NCBI GenBank assembly: GCA_013416795.1
Contig: RQSC01000033.1
Location: 399,702-459,080 of the forward strand
DNA length: 59,379 nt
Reading direction: 5' to 3'
DNA from: Prasinococcaceae sp. CCMP 1430
Taxonomy: Eukaryota; Plantae; Prasinodermophyta
Positions within the stretch are counted from its first letter, which is position 1. Each line of letters begins with the position of its first letter. Below, piece by piece: positions 35,483-45,651 of this stretch. The translations under genes were made by a program, and so were the position numbers. The notes beneath the pieces were generated by a model. That model did not search any database and had not been told where the DNA came from. It worked only from the letters and a program-made list of their open reading frames with translations.

Positions 35483-38400
35483 TTACTTGGCGCCCTTCTT
35501 CTTCTTCTTTCCCGGCGTCTTAGCCTTCTTGCCGTCGTTGGACTTGCGCTTCTTGGCCATGTTGCGGCGCTCGGCTGCCGCCGCATCGGCTGCGCTCGCC
35601 TTCACTGAGAGCGTGCCCGATCCGGGCAGCGCACCGCCCTTCAGCGCAGCGTCGAAGGCCTTGTTTGCGTCAGCGGAGATGCCGAACTCCTCGCGCAGCC
35701 GGTCCTCGCTCAGGGCGCCCTTGCGCGCCGAGGCCGCCTCCGCGCGCGCCTCTCTGGCGTCGGCGTCCTCCGCTGCCTTCGCCGCGCCTGCCTCAAGGTC
35801 CTCCTCGAGGCGCGCGGCTCCTTCCTCGTCAACGCGCCCCGCGCCCGGCAGCGGCGCGCGCGGCAGCGCCCTCTCTGCGCGCCTGCTCTCGCGCCCGTCG
35901 AGCAGCTTGTAAAGCTTCGTCAAAGCCTTCGAGAAGAGTGCCAGCGCCTGCTGCGCCTGCACATCGAGCTCACCAGCCACGTCTTCCACGCTCTTGTGCT
36001 GCAGCCCCACTCCCAGCAGCAGCGTCGCCTGGATGTACGTCATGCTCACCGGGAGGCCGCCGGCCACGTATGCGCGCGCGAGGGGCGGCACGAGGTCCAT
36101 CACCAGCCTATAGTCCGCCAGGTTGCGCGAGTACGCCTCCAGCCGTTTCATGTCGTACGGTGACACCACCTCATGCACCTCAGTGCGGTCCGCCGCCTCC
36201 TGCGAAAAGGTCGTCTTCGGTGCCATCACACTCAGCGCCAGCGCCGAGGGCGCGCCGCGGAACGAGGAGGCGAGCAGGCTGGCGTATCGCGCGCGGAAGT
36301 CCTTGACGAAGGGCGCCAGCCACAGCGCGTCGTTGTCCGCGCCGTCCTTCCGCCCGGTCGCATCCGCGCCACCGTCCGCGCCCGTGTGCACAGCCTCCAC
36401 GTTGGCACCCTCCATGGGCTTGCACATGATGCACGTGTGCTCCCCAGTGACATCCGAGGGCGTCTGGCGCACGTACACGGGCATGTAGCCCTGGCGCGAC
36501 CAGAAGTTGAAGAGCTGTTGCGTCAGGCCGTACGACACGCCCAGCCAGTGCACCTCCTCGGGCGCCCGCTCGGGCAGCCCGACCAGCAGCGGCCCCAGGT
36601 CGGTGCGCGGCGCGATCTTCTCCGTGCGCAGGTCACCGCCCCCCGCGGCGGTACCTGCGGCAGCCGGTCGCATCTCGGCGGCCTCGACGGTGGGATCGGC
36701 GAAGGCGCCCGCGTAGTACCTTTCCAGCAGCTGCGCGGCGCGCGACCCGTAGCCTGCGCCGCAGAGATCGGGATGTGTGGCAATGCGGACGATGCGCGCG
36801 CCGCTGAGCCCCGCGAACGCCCCGTCCCGGAACTGGTTGCTGACCGTCCACGGGATGAGGTCACCGTGCGGTGCGAGCGCACCGCGTTCGAGCGACTTCA
36901 GCGCGCTCGCCTTCGAGATTTGGCCCTCCAGGCACACCTGCACCACGGCGAGGATGTCAGGCAGTGCGTTCACAGTTTCGTCGACCGGCGCCAGCAGCAC
37001 GAAGAGCTGGTGCGCGGGTGCGTCGCTCATGAGCTGCAGGTCGTTTGGCGTGTTCTTGTAGTGCGAGCTCACGTAGAGCGCGATCATGCGCTGCAGGAAG
37101 ACCTCCGACGCCGCGTGGTAGCTGAAGAGCGTGTCGCGGTTCACGTAGTACAGCTCGCACCTGTCTGGCGAGGGCAGCGCGCGCGTGATGCGCGGCACGT
37201 GCTTGGCGGCATCGAGGCACAGCAGGCTCGACAACCACGACTCGGTCGGGTCCCCCTCAGCGTAGCGGATGGGCTCCTCCAGCGTAACCTCCTTGAAGAC
37301 ACGCCCTCCGCCACCGGCGCCGTCGGCGGCGGCCGCGTCCGCCGCGCCGTCGCCGCCCTTGCCGACACCGTCGACATCGCCGCCCTCCTTGGCGTTGTGG
37401 TCGTCCTTGGTGCCGGTGCTCTTCGCGGCGGCAGCCACAGCCGCGGCTGCCTGCCCACCCGTCGCCTGCGAGCGCAGCTGCGACATCAGCTTGAGCGACA
37501 GGGCGCGGCCGGTCCCCTCGTAGCCGTTGACGGTGGAGGACAGGAAGACCAGGTACGGGCCGAGCAGCGCCTTGACGACCGGCAGCGGGATCGCCGCGGC
37601 CTCGTCGATGACGAGAAGCTCGGCCTGCGCGAGGCGCTCGTGGTGCTGCGGCAGCACGTACTGCACCGTCTGGCGGTGATCGCGGAAGACGTTGATGCGC
37701 ACGACGGCCTTGTTGAAATCTGGGTTGGTCGACTCCACCACGGTGTAGTCAATGTGCTCCTTCCAGCCGAGCGCCTCGAGGCCGCGCACGATGAAATCAA
37801 AGAGAGTCTTCAGGTTCTCCGGCGTGGGCGCGGTGACGAAGACGTTCGAGTAGCCCAGGCCGAGCGCGCCGGCCACCGCGAGTCCGAGCGCGGCCGACTT
37901 GCCGCGGCCGCGCGCAGCGGTAAGCGCGACCGTCGAGCGCAGCGTGCGCTCCGACGCCGCGTCCAGGAAGGTGAGCAGTGCGCGCGCCTGGTCGAGCGTC
38001 TTGCAACGCTCGAGCAGGGAGCCCGCGGGCTGCGTGTCCGCCAGCGAGAGCTGCAAGTCGGCGAGCTCGCGCTGGTTGGGCGTGCGCATGTCGGCCTCGC
38101 CGTCGTCGGCGTCGAGCCCCGCGCCGCGCGACGGCTTGAGCGCGCGCACGTGCGAGCTGAGCGGCAGGATGTTGAGCTCGTCGTCCATGACAATGGCCGC
38201 GCGATTGTCTGCCAGCGAGAGGATGAAGCGCTCGTTGAAGCGCGGCACCACCTCGGTGTGGGCCTCGGTACGGTAGCGCGCGTGCACGTCCATGCTCATC
38301 GAGTACAGCTTGCGCAGCGAAGTGAGCGTGGACAGCAGCAGCACGATGACGCCACCGCCCTCGACGGTCTCGATGGTGCGAGCGAGCAGGTTCGGCGTGA

Positions 38401-38782
38401 GCGACTCAAAGTCCTGCAGCACGCACATGCCGAAGGTCTGGCCCAGCACCGACGCACTGTCGTTGTAGTACGTGTAGCGGATGTTGGTGGACGCCATGAA
38501 GAGCGAGAAGGGGTCCTCCTTCTCGGCGTCCAGCAGGCCGCGCTGCAGCAGCTTCCTGATCTGTCGCATGCGCTTCTTGCGGTGGCTCGACAGGTAGAGC
38601 TCCTTCTTGTAGCACCACAGCACGCTGGGCCTCGCCTTGACGCTCGCCTTGCTCAGCATGTAGTGCAGGTTGACCACCTGCTCGCGGCCGCGGTCGCCGA
38701 CGACGACGAACACGCTGCGGTGGCCGCTCTTGACGCCATTCTCGACGAGCGTGCGGATGCGCGCGTCGACCTTCTTGCGCAT
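35483..38782 (-). CDS. NAT10: RNA cytidine acetyltransferase (NAT10/Kre33)
   Basis: MRKKVDARIRTL start, TAARGRGKSAALG, SSHYKNTPNDL, RIVRIATHP..GYGSRA; intronless, 1099 aa. Confidence 0.97.
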   Translation of the reverse strand: MRKKVDARIRTLVENGVKSGHRSVFVVVGDRGREQVVNLHYMLSKASVKARPSVLWCYKKELYLSSHRKKRMRQIRKLLQRGLLDAEKEDPFSLFMASTNIRYTYYNDSASVLGQTFGMCVLQDFESLTPNLLARTIETVEGGGVIVLLLSTLTSLRKLYSMSMDVHARYRTEAHTEVVPRFNERFILSLADNRAAIVMDDELNILPLSSHVRALKPSRGAGLDADDGEADMRTPNQRELADLQLSLADTQPAGSLLERCKTLDQARALLTFLDAASERTLRSTVALTAARGRGKSAALGLAVAGALGLGYSNVFVTAPTPENLKTLFDFIVRGLEALGWKEHIDYTVVESTNPDFNKAVVRINVFRDHRQTVQYVLPQHHERLAQAELLVIDEAAAIPLPVVKALLGPYLVFLSSTVNGYEGTGRALSLKLMSQLRSQATGGQAAAAVAAAAKSTGTKDDHNAKEGGDVDGVGKGGDGAADAAAADGAGGGGRVFKEVTLEEPIRYAEGDPTESWLSSLLCLDAAKHVPRITRALPSPDRCELYYVNRDTLFSYHAASEVFLQRMIALYVSSHYKNTPNDLQLMSDAPAHQLFVLLAPVDETVNALPDILAVVQVCLEGQISKASALKSLERGALAPHGDLIPWTVSNQFRDGAFAGLSGARIVRIATHPDLCGAGYGSRAAQLLERYYAGAFADPTVEAAEMRPAAAGTAAGGGDLRTEKIAPRTDLGPLLVGLPERAPEEVHWLGVSYGLTQQLFNFWSRQGYMPVYVRQTPSDVTGEHTCIMCKPMEGANVEAVHTGADGGADATGRKDGADNDALWLAPFVKDFRARYASLLASSFRGAPSALALSVMAPKTTFSQEAADRTEVHEVVSPYDMKRLEAYSRNLADYRLVMDLVPPLARAYVAGGLPVSMTYIQATLLLGVGLQHKSVEDVAGELDVQAQQALALFSKALTKLYKLLDGRESRRAERALPRAPLPGAGRVDEEGAARLEEDLEAGAAKAAEDADAREARAEAASARKGALSEDRLREEFGISADANKAFDAALKGGALPGSGTLSVKASAADAAAAERRNMAKKRKSNDGKKAKTPGKKKKKGAK

Positions 38783-39205
38783 GGCGCGCGGCGGGCGGCC
38801 GGCCGGGCGCCGGGCGAGCGCCGGGACGCGCCCGACAGCAGGTGTGGCGCCCGCGNNNNNNNNNNNNNNNNNNNNNNNNNNNNNNNNNNNNNNNNNNNNN
38901 NNNNNNNNNNNNNNNNNNNNNNNNNNNNNNNNNNNNNNNNNNNNNNNNNNNNNNNNNNNNNNNNNNNNNNNNNNNNNNNNNNNNNNNNNNNNNNNNNNNN
39001 NNNNNNNNNNNNNNNNNNNNNNNNNNNNNNNNNNNNNNNNNNNNNNNNNNNNNNNNNNNNNNNNNNNNNNNNNNNNNNNNNNNNNNNNNNNNNNNNNNNN
39101 NNNNNNNNNNNNNNNNNNNNNNNNNNNNNNNNNNNNNNNNNNNNNNNNNNNNNNNNNNNNNNNNNNNNNNNNNNNNNNNNNNNNNNNNNNNNNNNNNNNN
39201 NNNNN

Positions 39206-39645
39206 CGAGGGGCGCGGCGCGGCGCGCGCGCGGACGCTGCGCGGCGGGCGGCGAGCAAGGCAAAGCGCTGTCGGCGAAGGACCTGCTGGGCGACGATGAG
39301 CCAGCCAAGCCGCAAAAGCCAGACGAGAGCTTCATGGTCGTGGGCGCCGACGACTTCGAGTGCCGCAGCTGCCAGTATGTCTACGACCCCGAGAAGGGCG
39401 ACGCAGTCTCGGGCATTGCGGTGGGCGTCAAGTTCCAGGACCTGCCGGAGGACTACTGCTGCCCGACGTGCGGCGCGGGCAAGCTTCAGTTCTCGAGCAA
39501 GGGCAAGGTCATCGCCGGCTTCTCACAGAACCAGCAGTACGGCTTCGGTGGCAACTCGCTCGACGGCGGGCAGAAGAACCTCCTTATCTGGAGCTCCTTC
39601 GCGGTCTTCTTCCTGCTCTTCATGAGCGGCTACCTCTTCCACTAG
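39206..39645 (+). CDS. Thylakoid membrane rubredoxin (RubA/RBD1-like), 5' end in gap
   Basis: CRSCQYVYDPEKGD..FQDLPEDYCCPTCGA rubredoxin knuckles; IAGFSQNQQYGFGGNSL..QKNLLIW plus C-terminal TM. Confidence 0.9.
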
Positions 39646-41318
39646 GTCGTCGGCGCGGGACGCGGCGATGGCCACCACACACGCGGGACGTCGTTTCGCG
39701 CGAGCGGGAGCGCCCCGCCGGCGAGCGGGCGGCTGCTCCTCGCCGCCACGCGCGCCTGTGGCTTGTCTGGCGAGCGCGTTCCACGCAGACGTAACTGGAC
39801 AGTACCATACATACGCGCCGGCCCCGTTCGCGACCTCCCTACCCCTCCCCCCCTCCGGACACGTCGCTCGCGCGTGGCTGCGCGCGCGCACGCTCCCCGT
39901 GCCCCGGAGCCTGCTGCACCGCGGCCGCCCCCGCCCCCGCGCCCGTGCCGTTCCCGCCGCAGGCTTCGATGCGCTGCGCGAGGCCGTGTGCGCAGGCGGA
40001 GGCCGCCCCCGCCCCCGCGCCCGTGCCGCGCCCGCCGCGCTGCTGCCCCGCGCTGCATGCGTGCGTTCGCAAAGACAACAAAGGGGTGCGTGTGCGCGGC
40101 GGTTGGGGTTGTTGCGAAGTGTATTTCACATGAATTACATTTTGATATTACAACAAACCCTATATATATCAAACCCAAAACAGCGTATTTGCGCTCCTCG
40201 GTCCCGGGCAGGCGTTCCCCCTGGGCGCCAACCGCCGCCCTGGCGCCCGGGGCGGCGCCCCGGGCTGCACACGGCGCGCGCGGCGCGGCCGCGCGGCCCT
40301 GCGGCGGGGCACGAGCCGCTCGTTGNGCGGCGGCCTCGAGCACGCGGCACGCCGCCTCTTGCATGCGCGCGTGCCGCGTGCTCGAGGCCGGTGCGAGTTA
40401 CGGTTCATTCATTCGGGTCACTCACGCTTTTTACGGAAAAGGGTTTCTATCACATGCGCACAGCATAGCCGGGGTCGCGGCCGGCGTGCCGACGCGCGTG
40501 TGGCGCCCCGGCGCGCCGGGCGCGCGCCGGAATTCTCTCCCGCGAATTTGGAAAATCAAATCGAATGTGCAATGCCAGCAGCTGCCGGCGGCGAAAGCGC
40601 GGCGGCCGGCGAAGCGCCGGCTCCCCCGGCCGGTCGCGAAACGCCGCGGGTTTTGCGATTTCGCGCGAAACCGCTTTGGGATCGATGGGCGCCGCGCGCG
40701 TTTTCGCCGGCGCGGTTTCGCGGCGCGATCCGCGTGTTCGTGGCTGTGGGTGACTGGGCGGGTGCGCTGCCGCCCGCCGCCGCGGCCGGTGCCGGGCGCA
40801 CGGCGCTGGAAGGAGGAGGTCGCCTGGGCCAGCCATCGTCACGGGCTGGGGTGGAGCCTGGGCGGGGGCACTGCCGCGCCCCCGGCGTGCCCGCGCGTGC
40901 AGCAGGCGGGCACCGCGCTGCCGCGTGGCTGCGCGCGGCGCTGCGAGCAGTCATTCACCGGAGCGAACCTAACCTTATCCAAAAAGGAGGGGCCGACGCG
41001 TCCGATTGAATTGATCCTGATTGTACAGTACCGCAAACAATGCAAGACCAAACCCAAACGACTGGAGCCAGGGCGGGGAGCGCGGTCGCCACCCACCCAC
41101 GCCGCGGGTTCGTGCAGGCGCCGCGGCGCCCGCCGCCACAGGGCGCCCGCCCCACCCACCCCTCACCCAAACCCCTCCCCCAAACCCACGCGCGCGCGCA
41201 CCACGCACGTGCGATCCACGCAGACGCGCTCGTCAGCGCGCCGAGCATGCGCCAGGCGGCGGTGCTGCGGCGCCTCGGCGTGATGCGCCCCGCGCATCGC
41301 CGCGCGCCGCGCTCCCGA

Positions 41319-42491
41319 CAAGATTATTTACAAGAACATGAATTTTCGACACGACATTTTAAATATGTATTGAAACGCAAACTTTATTTAAAAAATTTAA
41401 ATAAGGCTTTATATTCGATATGGTATGGTCTTCTACTCTTAAAAAGTTCTACCCTACCTCTAAAAAAACTAGATAAAAAAACACAATTAAATTCTAGCTA
41501 TACTCACGATGAAGAATTAAAAAATTTATTAATTAATTTACATATTGAAGCCTGTTTAGTAGAAACTTTAAGAAATGGGGGAACAATAGAATTAATTTAT
41601 GGAATTGAACGTGAATTAAGATTTTTAGGTATTGAATTTAATGAATTTTTTAATGCTATTCAGTTAAAAAAATGGGTTGTAAAACCAATCGTTAGTTCAT
41701 TCTCTAATCCTATTGTTTCGTCATTATCGAATAATTCAAAAAGACAAACCTTAATTAAGAATTTTTTATCGACAGGTTATTTTATTAAACGGGACACATT
41801 ACAAGTAATTCAAAAATTAGAAAGTGAATTAAGAGATGAACACCTAAATATCAGTGTAAATATTCCTGAAAATTTAGCAACAAATTTAATTGTTTCATTC
41901 CCTTTTTACGCTAATATTAGTTATTTAAAAGAAAATCCTTTTTTTATAATAAAGGATAAACTTAATTTTGAAGAAATATTTTCAATTTTATTGTTAACTC
42001 AAGAAAATTTTTCTAAATCAGATGCCGACTATTGTCTTCAAGAATTAAAACAAAAAAATTGGGGAGATTTTTTGATTATCACTATTGACTATATTAAACT
42101 TCGTTATCCAGCTCTTTTAGTTGAATTTTTATACCGTCTAACACGTAAGCCAACAGTTTTTCCAATAATTCCCCAGACTAATAAAAAAGTAAATTGTCCA
42201 CTTGGGGTATGGAGTTCCATTACTAGTTATCAAAAACTACGTAAAGATTATGTCAGTGCATATCAATCATTAACAACTATTGAAGAAAAAATTGAACTTG
42301 AAAAAGCTTTTGAGACAATTGCAAATCATTTACAATATAATATTCGTCAAAGTATGTTGTCATTTTTTGATCAAAAATATAATAGTTCACTAATGCAAAG
42401 GTCTGATAAATGTGTTATTGTGGATACTGAATTAGAAAGCTTCTTTTTACGAAAAACATTAAAAAATTATCTTTTAAATATGGTATACTAG
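41319..42491 (+). CDS. 5'-truncated plastid hypothetical ORF (ycf-like, ~390 aa)
   Basis: Long stop-free frame in very AT-rich DNA directly upstream of rps14; family not recognised. Confidence 0.6.
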   Translation, partial: QDYLQEHEFSTRHFKYVLKRKLYLKNLNKALYSIWYGLLLLKSSTLPLKKLDKKTQLNSSYTHDEELKNLLINLHIEACLVETLRNGGTIELIYGIERELRFLGIEFNEFFNAIQLKKWVVKPIVSSFSNPIVSSLSNNSKRQTLIKNFLSTGYFIKRDTLQVIQKLESELRDEHLNISVNIPENLATNLIVSFPFYANISYLKENPFFIIKDKLNFEEIFSILLLTQENFSKSDADYCLQELKQKNWGDFLIITIDYIKLRYPALLVEFLYRLTRKPTVFPIIPQTNKKVNCPLGVWSSITSYQKLRKDYVSAYQSLTTIEEKIELEKAFETIANHLQYNIRQSMLSFFDQKYNSSLMQRSDKCVIVDTELESFFLRKTLKNYLLNMVY

Positions 42492-42536
42492 TAAAAATTC
42501 TAAATTTAAAAACCTTTAAAGTAGGAGAAATATTTT

Positions 42537-42839
42537 ATGGCACGTAAAGGTACAGTTTATCGTGATAAGAAACGACGAGTATTAGTTCAAAAATATGCAA
42601 CAAAACGAGCAAAACTTTTAAATGAATTTAAAAGTGCCTCTACAATTGGTGAAAAATTAAAAATTCACGCAAAGATTCAAAAACTGCCGCGAAACTCAAG
42701 TCGCACACGTTTACATAATCGTTGTTTTATTACAGGACGACCAAAAGGATATTTCCGTTTCTTTGGTTTATCAAGACATCAAATTCGTGAATTGGGTTAT
42801 GTAGGAGTATTACCGGGCGTAACTACTGCAAGTTGGTAA
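42537..42839 (+). CDS. rps14: Plastid ribosomal protein S14
   Basis: [35 protein letters not shown]; AGGAG Shine-Dalgarno upstream. Confidence 0.97.
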   Translation: MARKGTVYRDKKRRVLVQKYATKRAKLLNEFKSASTIGEKLKIHAKIQKLPRNSSRTRLHNRCFITGRPKGYFRFFGLSRHQIRELGYVGVLPGVTTASW

Positions 42840-42891
42840 ATTATTATTTAATCAAGAATCTTTTTATTTTATGGTATACTTTATATATGGT

Positions 42892-42965
42892 CGCGGGGTA
42901 GAGCAGTCTGGTAGCTCATCGGGCTCATAACCCGAGGGTCAGTGGTTCAAATCCGCTCCCCGCTA
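42892..42965 (+). tRNA. trnfM: tRNA-fMet(CAT)
   Basis: CGCGGGG acceptor with unpaired first base, anticodon arm TCGGG-CTCATAA-CCCGA (three G-C pairs), GGTTCAAATCC T-arm. Confidence 0.93.
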
Positions 42966-42995
42966 TCTATATATAAATAACTTTTAATTAAAAAT

Positions 42996-43229
42996 ATGGT
43001 TAAAATTAGACTTAAAAAATTAGGACGTAAAAAAGCACCATTTTACAGAATTATTGTAATTGACAGTCGTAAACGACGTAGTGGTCATGGTTTAGTTGAA
43101 CTTGGATGGTATGATCCAATTAAAAAACAATCACAAATTGATCGTCAAAAGACTTTATTTTACATTAAAAATGGGGCTCAACCGACAGCCACTGTTTCTG
43201 CTTTATTACAAAAAGCAGCATTATTGTAG
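42996..43229 (+). CDS. rps16: Plastid ribosomal protein S16
   Basis: MVKIRLKKLGRKKAPFYRIIVIDSR..ELGWYDP..GAQPTATV. Confidence 0.97.
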   Translation: MVKIRLKKLGRKKAPFYRIIVIDSRKRRSGHGLVELGWYDPIKKQSQIDRQKTLFYIKNGAQPTATVSALLQKAALL

Positions 43230-43278
43230 ATTTAAAAATATTAATATTTAAAAAGAGCATAATAGTTCTTTTTAAATC

Positions 43279-43350
43279 GGGTTGGTAGCTCAGGGGTAGA
43301 GCACTCGGCTTTTAACCGACTGGTCGTGGGTTCAAATCCCACCCAACCCA
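43279..43350 (+). tRNA. trnK: tRNA-Lys(TTT), intronless
   Basis: GGGTTGG/CCAACCC acceptor stem; anticodon loop CTTTTAA. Confidence 0.93.
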
Positions 43351-43375
43351 AAATTTAAATGCTTTTTCGTACTTT

Positions 43376-43460
43376 GCATGCATGGCCGAGTGGTCGAAGG
43401 CAGGGGCCTCATAAGCCTCCTCCCGAAAGGGCACCGCGGGTTCAAATCCTGCTGTATGCA
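43376..43460 (+). tRNA. trnI: tRNA with CAT anticodon and long variable arm (probable tRNA-Ile(CAU), lysidine type)
   Basis: GCATGCA/TGTATGC acceptor, anticodon loop CTCATAA, variable hairpin CCC-GAAA-GGG, 85 nt. GCAT- start as in plastid trnI(CAU). Confidence 0.8.
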
Positions 43461-43527
43461 AACCTTTCAAGACTCTAAATTAATAATATTGCATTTATAA
43501 CTATTATTAGGTTATAATATAATTAAA

Positions 43528-43599
43528 TGGGGTATCGCCAAGTGGTAAGGCAACTGGTTTTGGTCCTGTCATTCGGAGGTTCGAATCCTTCTACCCCAG
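43528..43599 (+). tRNA. trnQ: tRNA-Gln(TTG)
   Basis: TGGGGTA/TACCCCA acceptor, GCCAAGTGGTAAGGC D-arm, anticodon loop TTTTGGT. Confidence 0.93.
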
Positions 43600-43631
43600 T
43601 TATTAAATAAAATTATTTTTATAAAAATCGC

Positions 43632-43679
43632 TTTTATTTTTAATTGTTTAATAATTTATTAAACAATTAAAAATAAAAA
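43632..43679. terminator. Long AT-rich hairpin between convergent trnQ and petD
   Basis: ttttatttttaattgtttaataa-t-ttattaaacaattaaaaataaaa is a perfect inverted repeat. Confidence 0.8.
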
Positions 43680-43685
43680 TACTTC

Positions 43686-44168
43686 TTAGAATAAACCAAG
43701 TGTAATAGCTTTATCAATTGGCATTGCTGCTCCTACACCCATCCATAATGCAAAGATTGTTCCAAATAGGAAAACAACCATAGCAATCGGACGACGGAAT
43801 GGGTTTTGGAATTTGTTTACGTTCTCAATAAACGGAACAGTAATTAATCCAGCTGGAACTGCAGCCATAGAAAGTACTCCAAGTAATTTATTAGGAATAG
43901 TTCGAAGTAAGTTAAATGTTGGGAAGAAATACCATTCTGGTAAAATCTCTAGTGGTGTTGCAAATGGATTTGCAGGCTCACCTACTACAACTGGATCTAA
44001 AGTTGCTAGTCCAATAAGACAAGCAAATGTTCCAAAAATAACTACTGGGAAAATATATAATAAATCATTTGGCCATGCAGGCTCACCATAATAGTTATGC
44101 CCCATACCTTTAGCTAATTTAGCTCGTAAAATTGGATCTGTTAAGTCTGGTTTTTTTGTTACGCTCAT
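43686..44168 (-). CDS. petD: Cytochrome b6f subunit IV
   Basis: [15 protein letters not shown] and PEWY motifs; 160 aa. Confidence 0.99.
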   Translation of the reverse strand: MSVTKKPDLTDPILRAKLAKGMGHNYYGEPAWPNDLLYIFPVVIFGTFACLIGLATLDPVVVGEPANPFATPLEILPEWYFFPTFNLLRTIPNKLLGVLSMAAVPAGLITVPFIENVNKFQNPFRRPIAMVVFLFGTIFALWMGVGAAMPIDKAITLGLF

Positions 44169-44227
44169 AGTAAATTTATAATATTAAAAAATATTTATAT
44201 TTGTATATCTGACAATTAAATTAAAAA

Positions 44228-44875
44228 TTATAGTGGACCAGAAATACCTTGCTTACGAATCATTAAGAAGTGTGCTAGCATGAATACCGCTGTTAGCAGT
44301 GGTAAAACAAACGTGTGTGCACTATAGAAACGCGTTAATGTTGCTTGACCAACACCAACACCTCCACGAAGTACTTCAACTAGTAACGGACCTACAACAG
44401 GAATAGCTTCAGGTACACCTGTTACAATCTTACAAGCCCAGTAGCCAACCTGATCCCATGGTAATGAGTATCCAGTTACACCAAATGATACTGTACAAAC
44501 AGCCATAATAACACCAGTTACCCAAGTTAACTCACGTGGCTTCTTAAATCCACCTGTAAGGTAAACACGTGTCACATGTAGAATCATTGATAAAACCATC
44601 ATACTTGCAGACCAACGGTGGATTGAACGAATTAACCAACCAAAGTTTACATCACTCATTAGGTAACTTACAGAATCAAATGCTTCTGTTACTGTTGGAC
44701 GGTAATAAAATGTCATTGCAAATCCTGTTGCAACTTGTACTAGGAAACATGTAAATGTAATACCACCTAAGCAGTAAAAAATATTTACATGTGGAGGAAC
44801 ATATTTACTTGAAACGTCATCAGCAATTGCTTGGATTTCTAGACGTTCTTCAAACCAATCATAAACTTTACTCAT
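44228..44875 (-). CDS. petB: Cytochrome b6
   Basis: [15 protein letters not shown]...[10 protein letters not shown]; 215 aa, intronless. Confidence 0.99.
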   Translation of the reverse strand: MSKVYDWFEERLEIQAIADDVSSKYVPPHVNIFYCLGGITFTCFLVQVATGFAMTFYYRPTVTEAFDSVSYLMSDVNFGWLIRSIHRWSASMMVLSMILHVTRVYLTGGFKKPRELTWVTGVIMAVCTVSFGVTGYSLPWDQVGYWACKIVTGVPEAIPVVGPLLVEVLRGGVGVGQATLTRFYSAHTFVLPLLTAVFMLAHFLMIRKQGISGPL

Positions 44876-44976
44876 AAAATACTAAAAGTTTTTACAGTTT
44901 ATCGCCAGTTAACATAATATAAAAATTTATATTGTAAGCTCAATAATATTTTATTGAGGGAAGTTAAAAAATTTCT

Positions 44977-45039
44977 ATTTTAATTTTGGTATGTTTTTAA
45001 TGAAAAAGATTTTTCATTAAAAACATACCAAAATTAAAA
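44977..45039. terminator. Hairpin 3' of psbH
   Basis: ttttaattttggtatgtttttaatgaaaa / ttttcattaaaaacataccaaaattaaaa inverted repeat. Confidence 0.8.
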
Positions 45040-45042
45040 TTC

Positions 45043-45246
45043 TTATTGCCAGTTTACGGCTAATCCATCAAGTAACACTGATGAATTAAAGATTTCTAAT
45101 AAAATTACATTAAAAACTAAAAAAAGACCACCAGCTACAGCCATTGGAATAGTTGTTCCCCATCCAGGGGCAACTTTACCATACTCTGAGTTTAGTGGCT
45201 TTAAAAGGTTTCCTAAAACTGTTTGCTTTCCTTTTGTTGCTGCCAT
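45043..45246 (-). CDS. psbH: Photosystem II protein H
   Basis: [19 protein letters not shown]. Confidence 0.97.
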   Translation of the reverse strand: MAATKGKQTVLGNLLKPLNSEYGKVAPGWGTTIPMAVAGGLFLVFNVILLEIFNSSVLLDGLAVNWQ

Positions 45247-45383
45247 AGGTATGTATATATGTATTTATTCGTATGATTTAATGCTAAAAAAATATGTGCT
45301 ATAATTCTCTTTAAATAGATATGTTCTTTACATAAATAGAACAATAACTTTTCAAGTAAATCCCAATAAATTAGGAGTGAATT

Positions 45384-45515
45384 ATGGAAACAGCTATGCT
45401 ATTTGGTATTTTTTTCGGTACATTACTTGTTGGCATGACAGGGTATTCATTATACACTGCTTTTGGCCAACCATCAAAAACACTTCGTGATCCATTTGAA
45501 GACCATGAAGATTAA
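45384..45515 (+). CDS. psbN: PsbN (not in the ORF track)
   Basis: Manual translation [43 protein letters not shown]; AGGAG Shine-Dalgarno at 45373. Confidence 0.96.
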   Translation: METAMLFGIFFGTLLVGMTGYSLYTAFGQPSKTLRDPFEDHED

Positions 45516-45519
45516 AAAG

Positions 45520-45550
45520 TATAACAGCAGACTTAATATCTGCTGTTATA
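45520..45550. terminator. Hairpin between convergent psbN and psbT
   Basis: tataacagcaga-cttaata-tctgctgttata. Confidence 0.8.
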
Positions 45551-45555
45551 AAAAA

Positions 45556-45651
45556 CTATTTTACAATACGTGGAGGCTCACGGAAAAAGATTGCAAAGAA
45601 AATAATTCCTAAAGTTCCAACTAATAAAAAAGTATAAACAAGTGCTTCCAT
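45556..45651 (-). CDS. psbT: Photosystem II protein T (not in the ORF track)
   Basis: Manual translation [31 protein letters not shown]; GAGG Shine-Dalgarno upstream. Confidence 0.96.
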
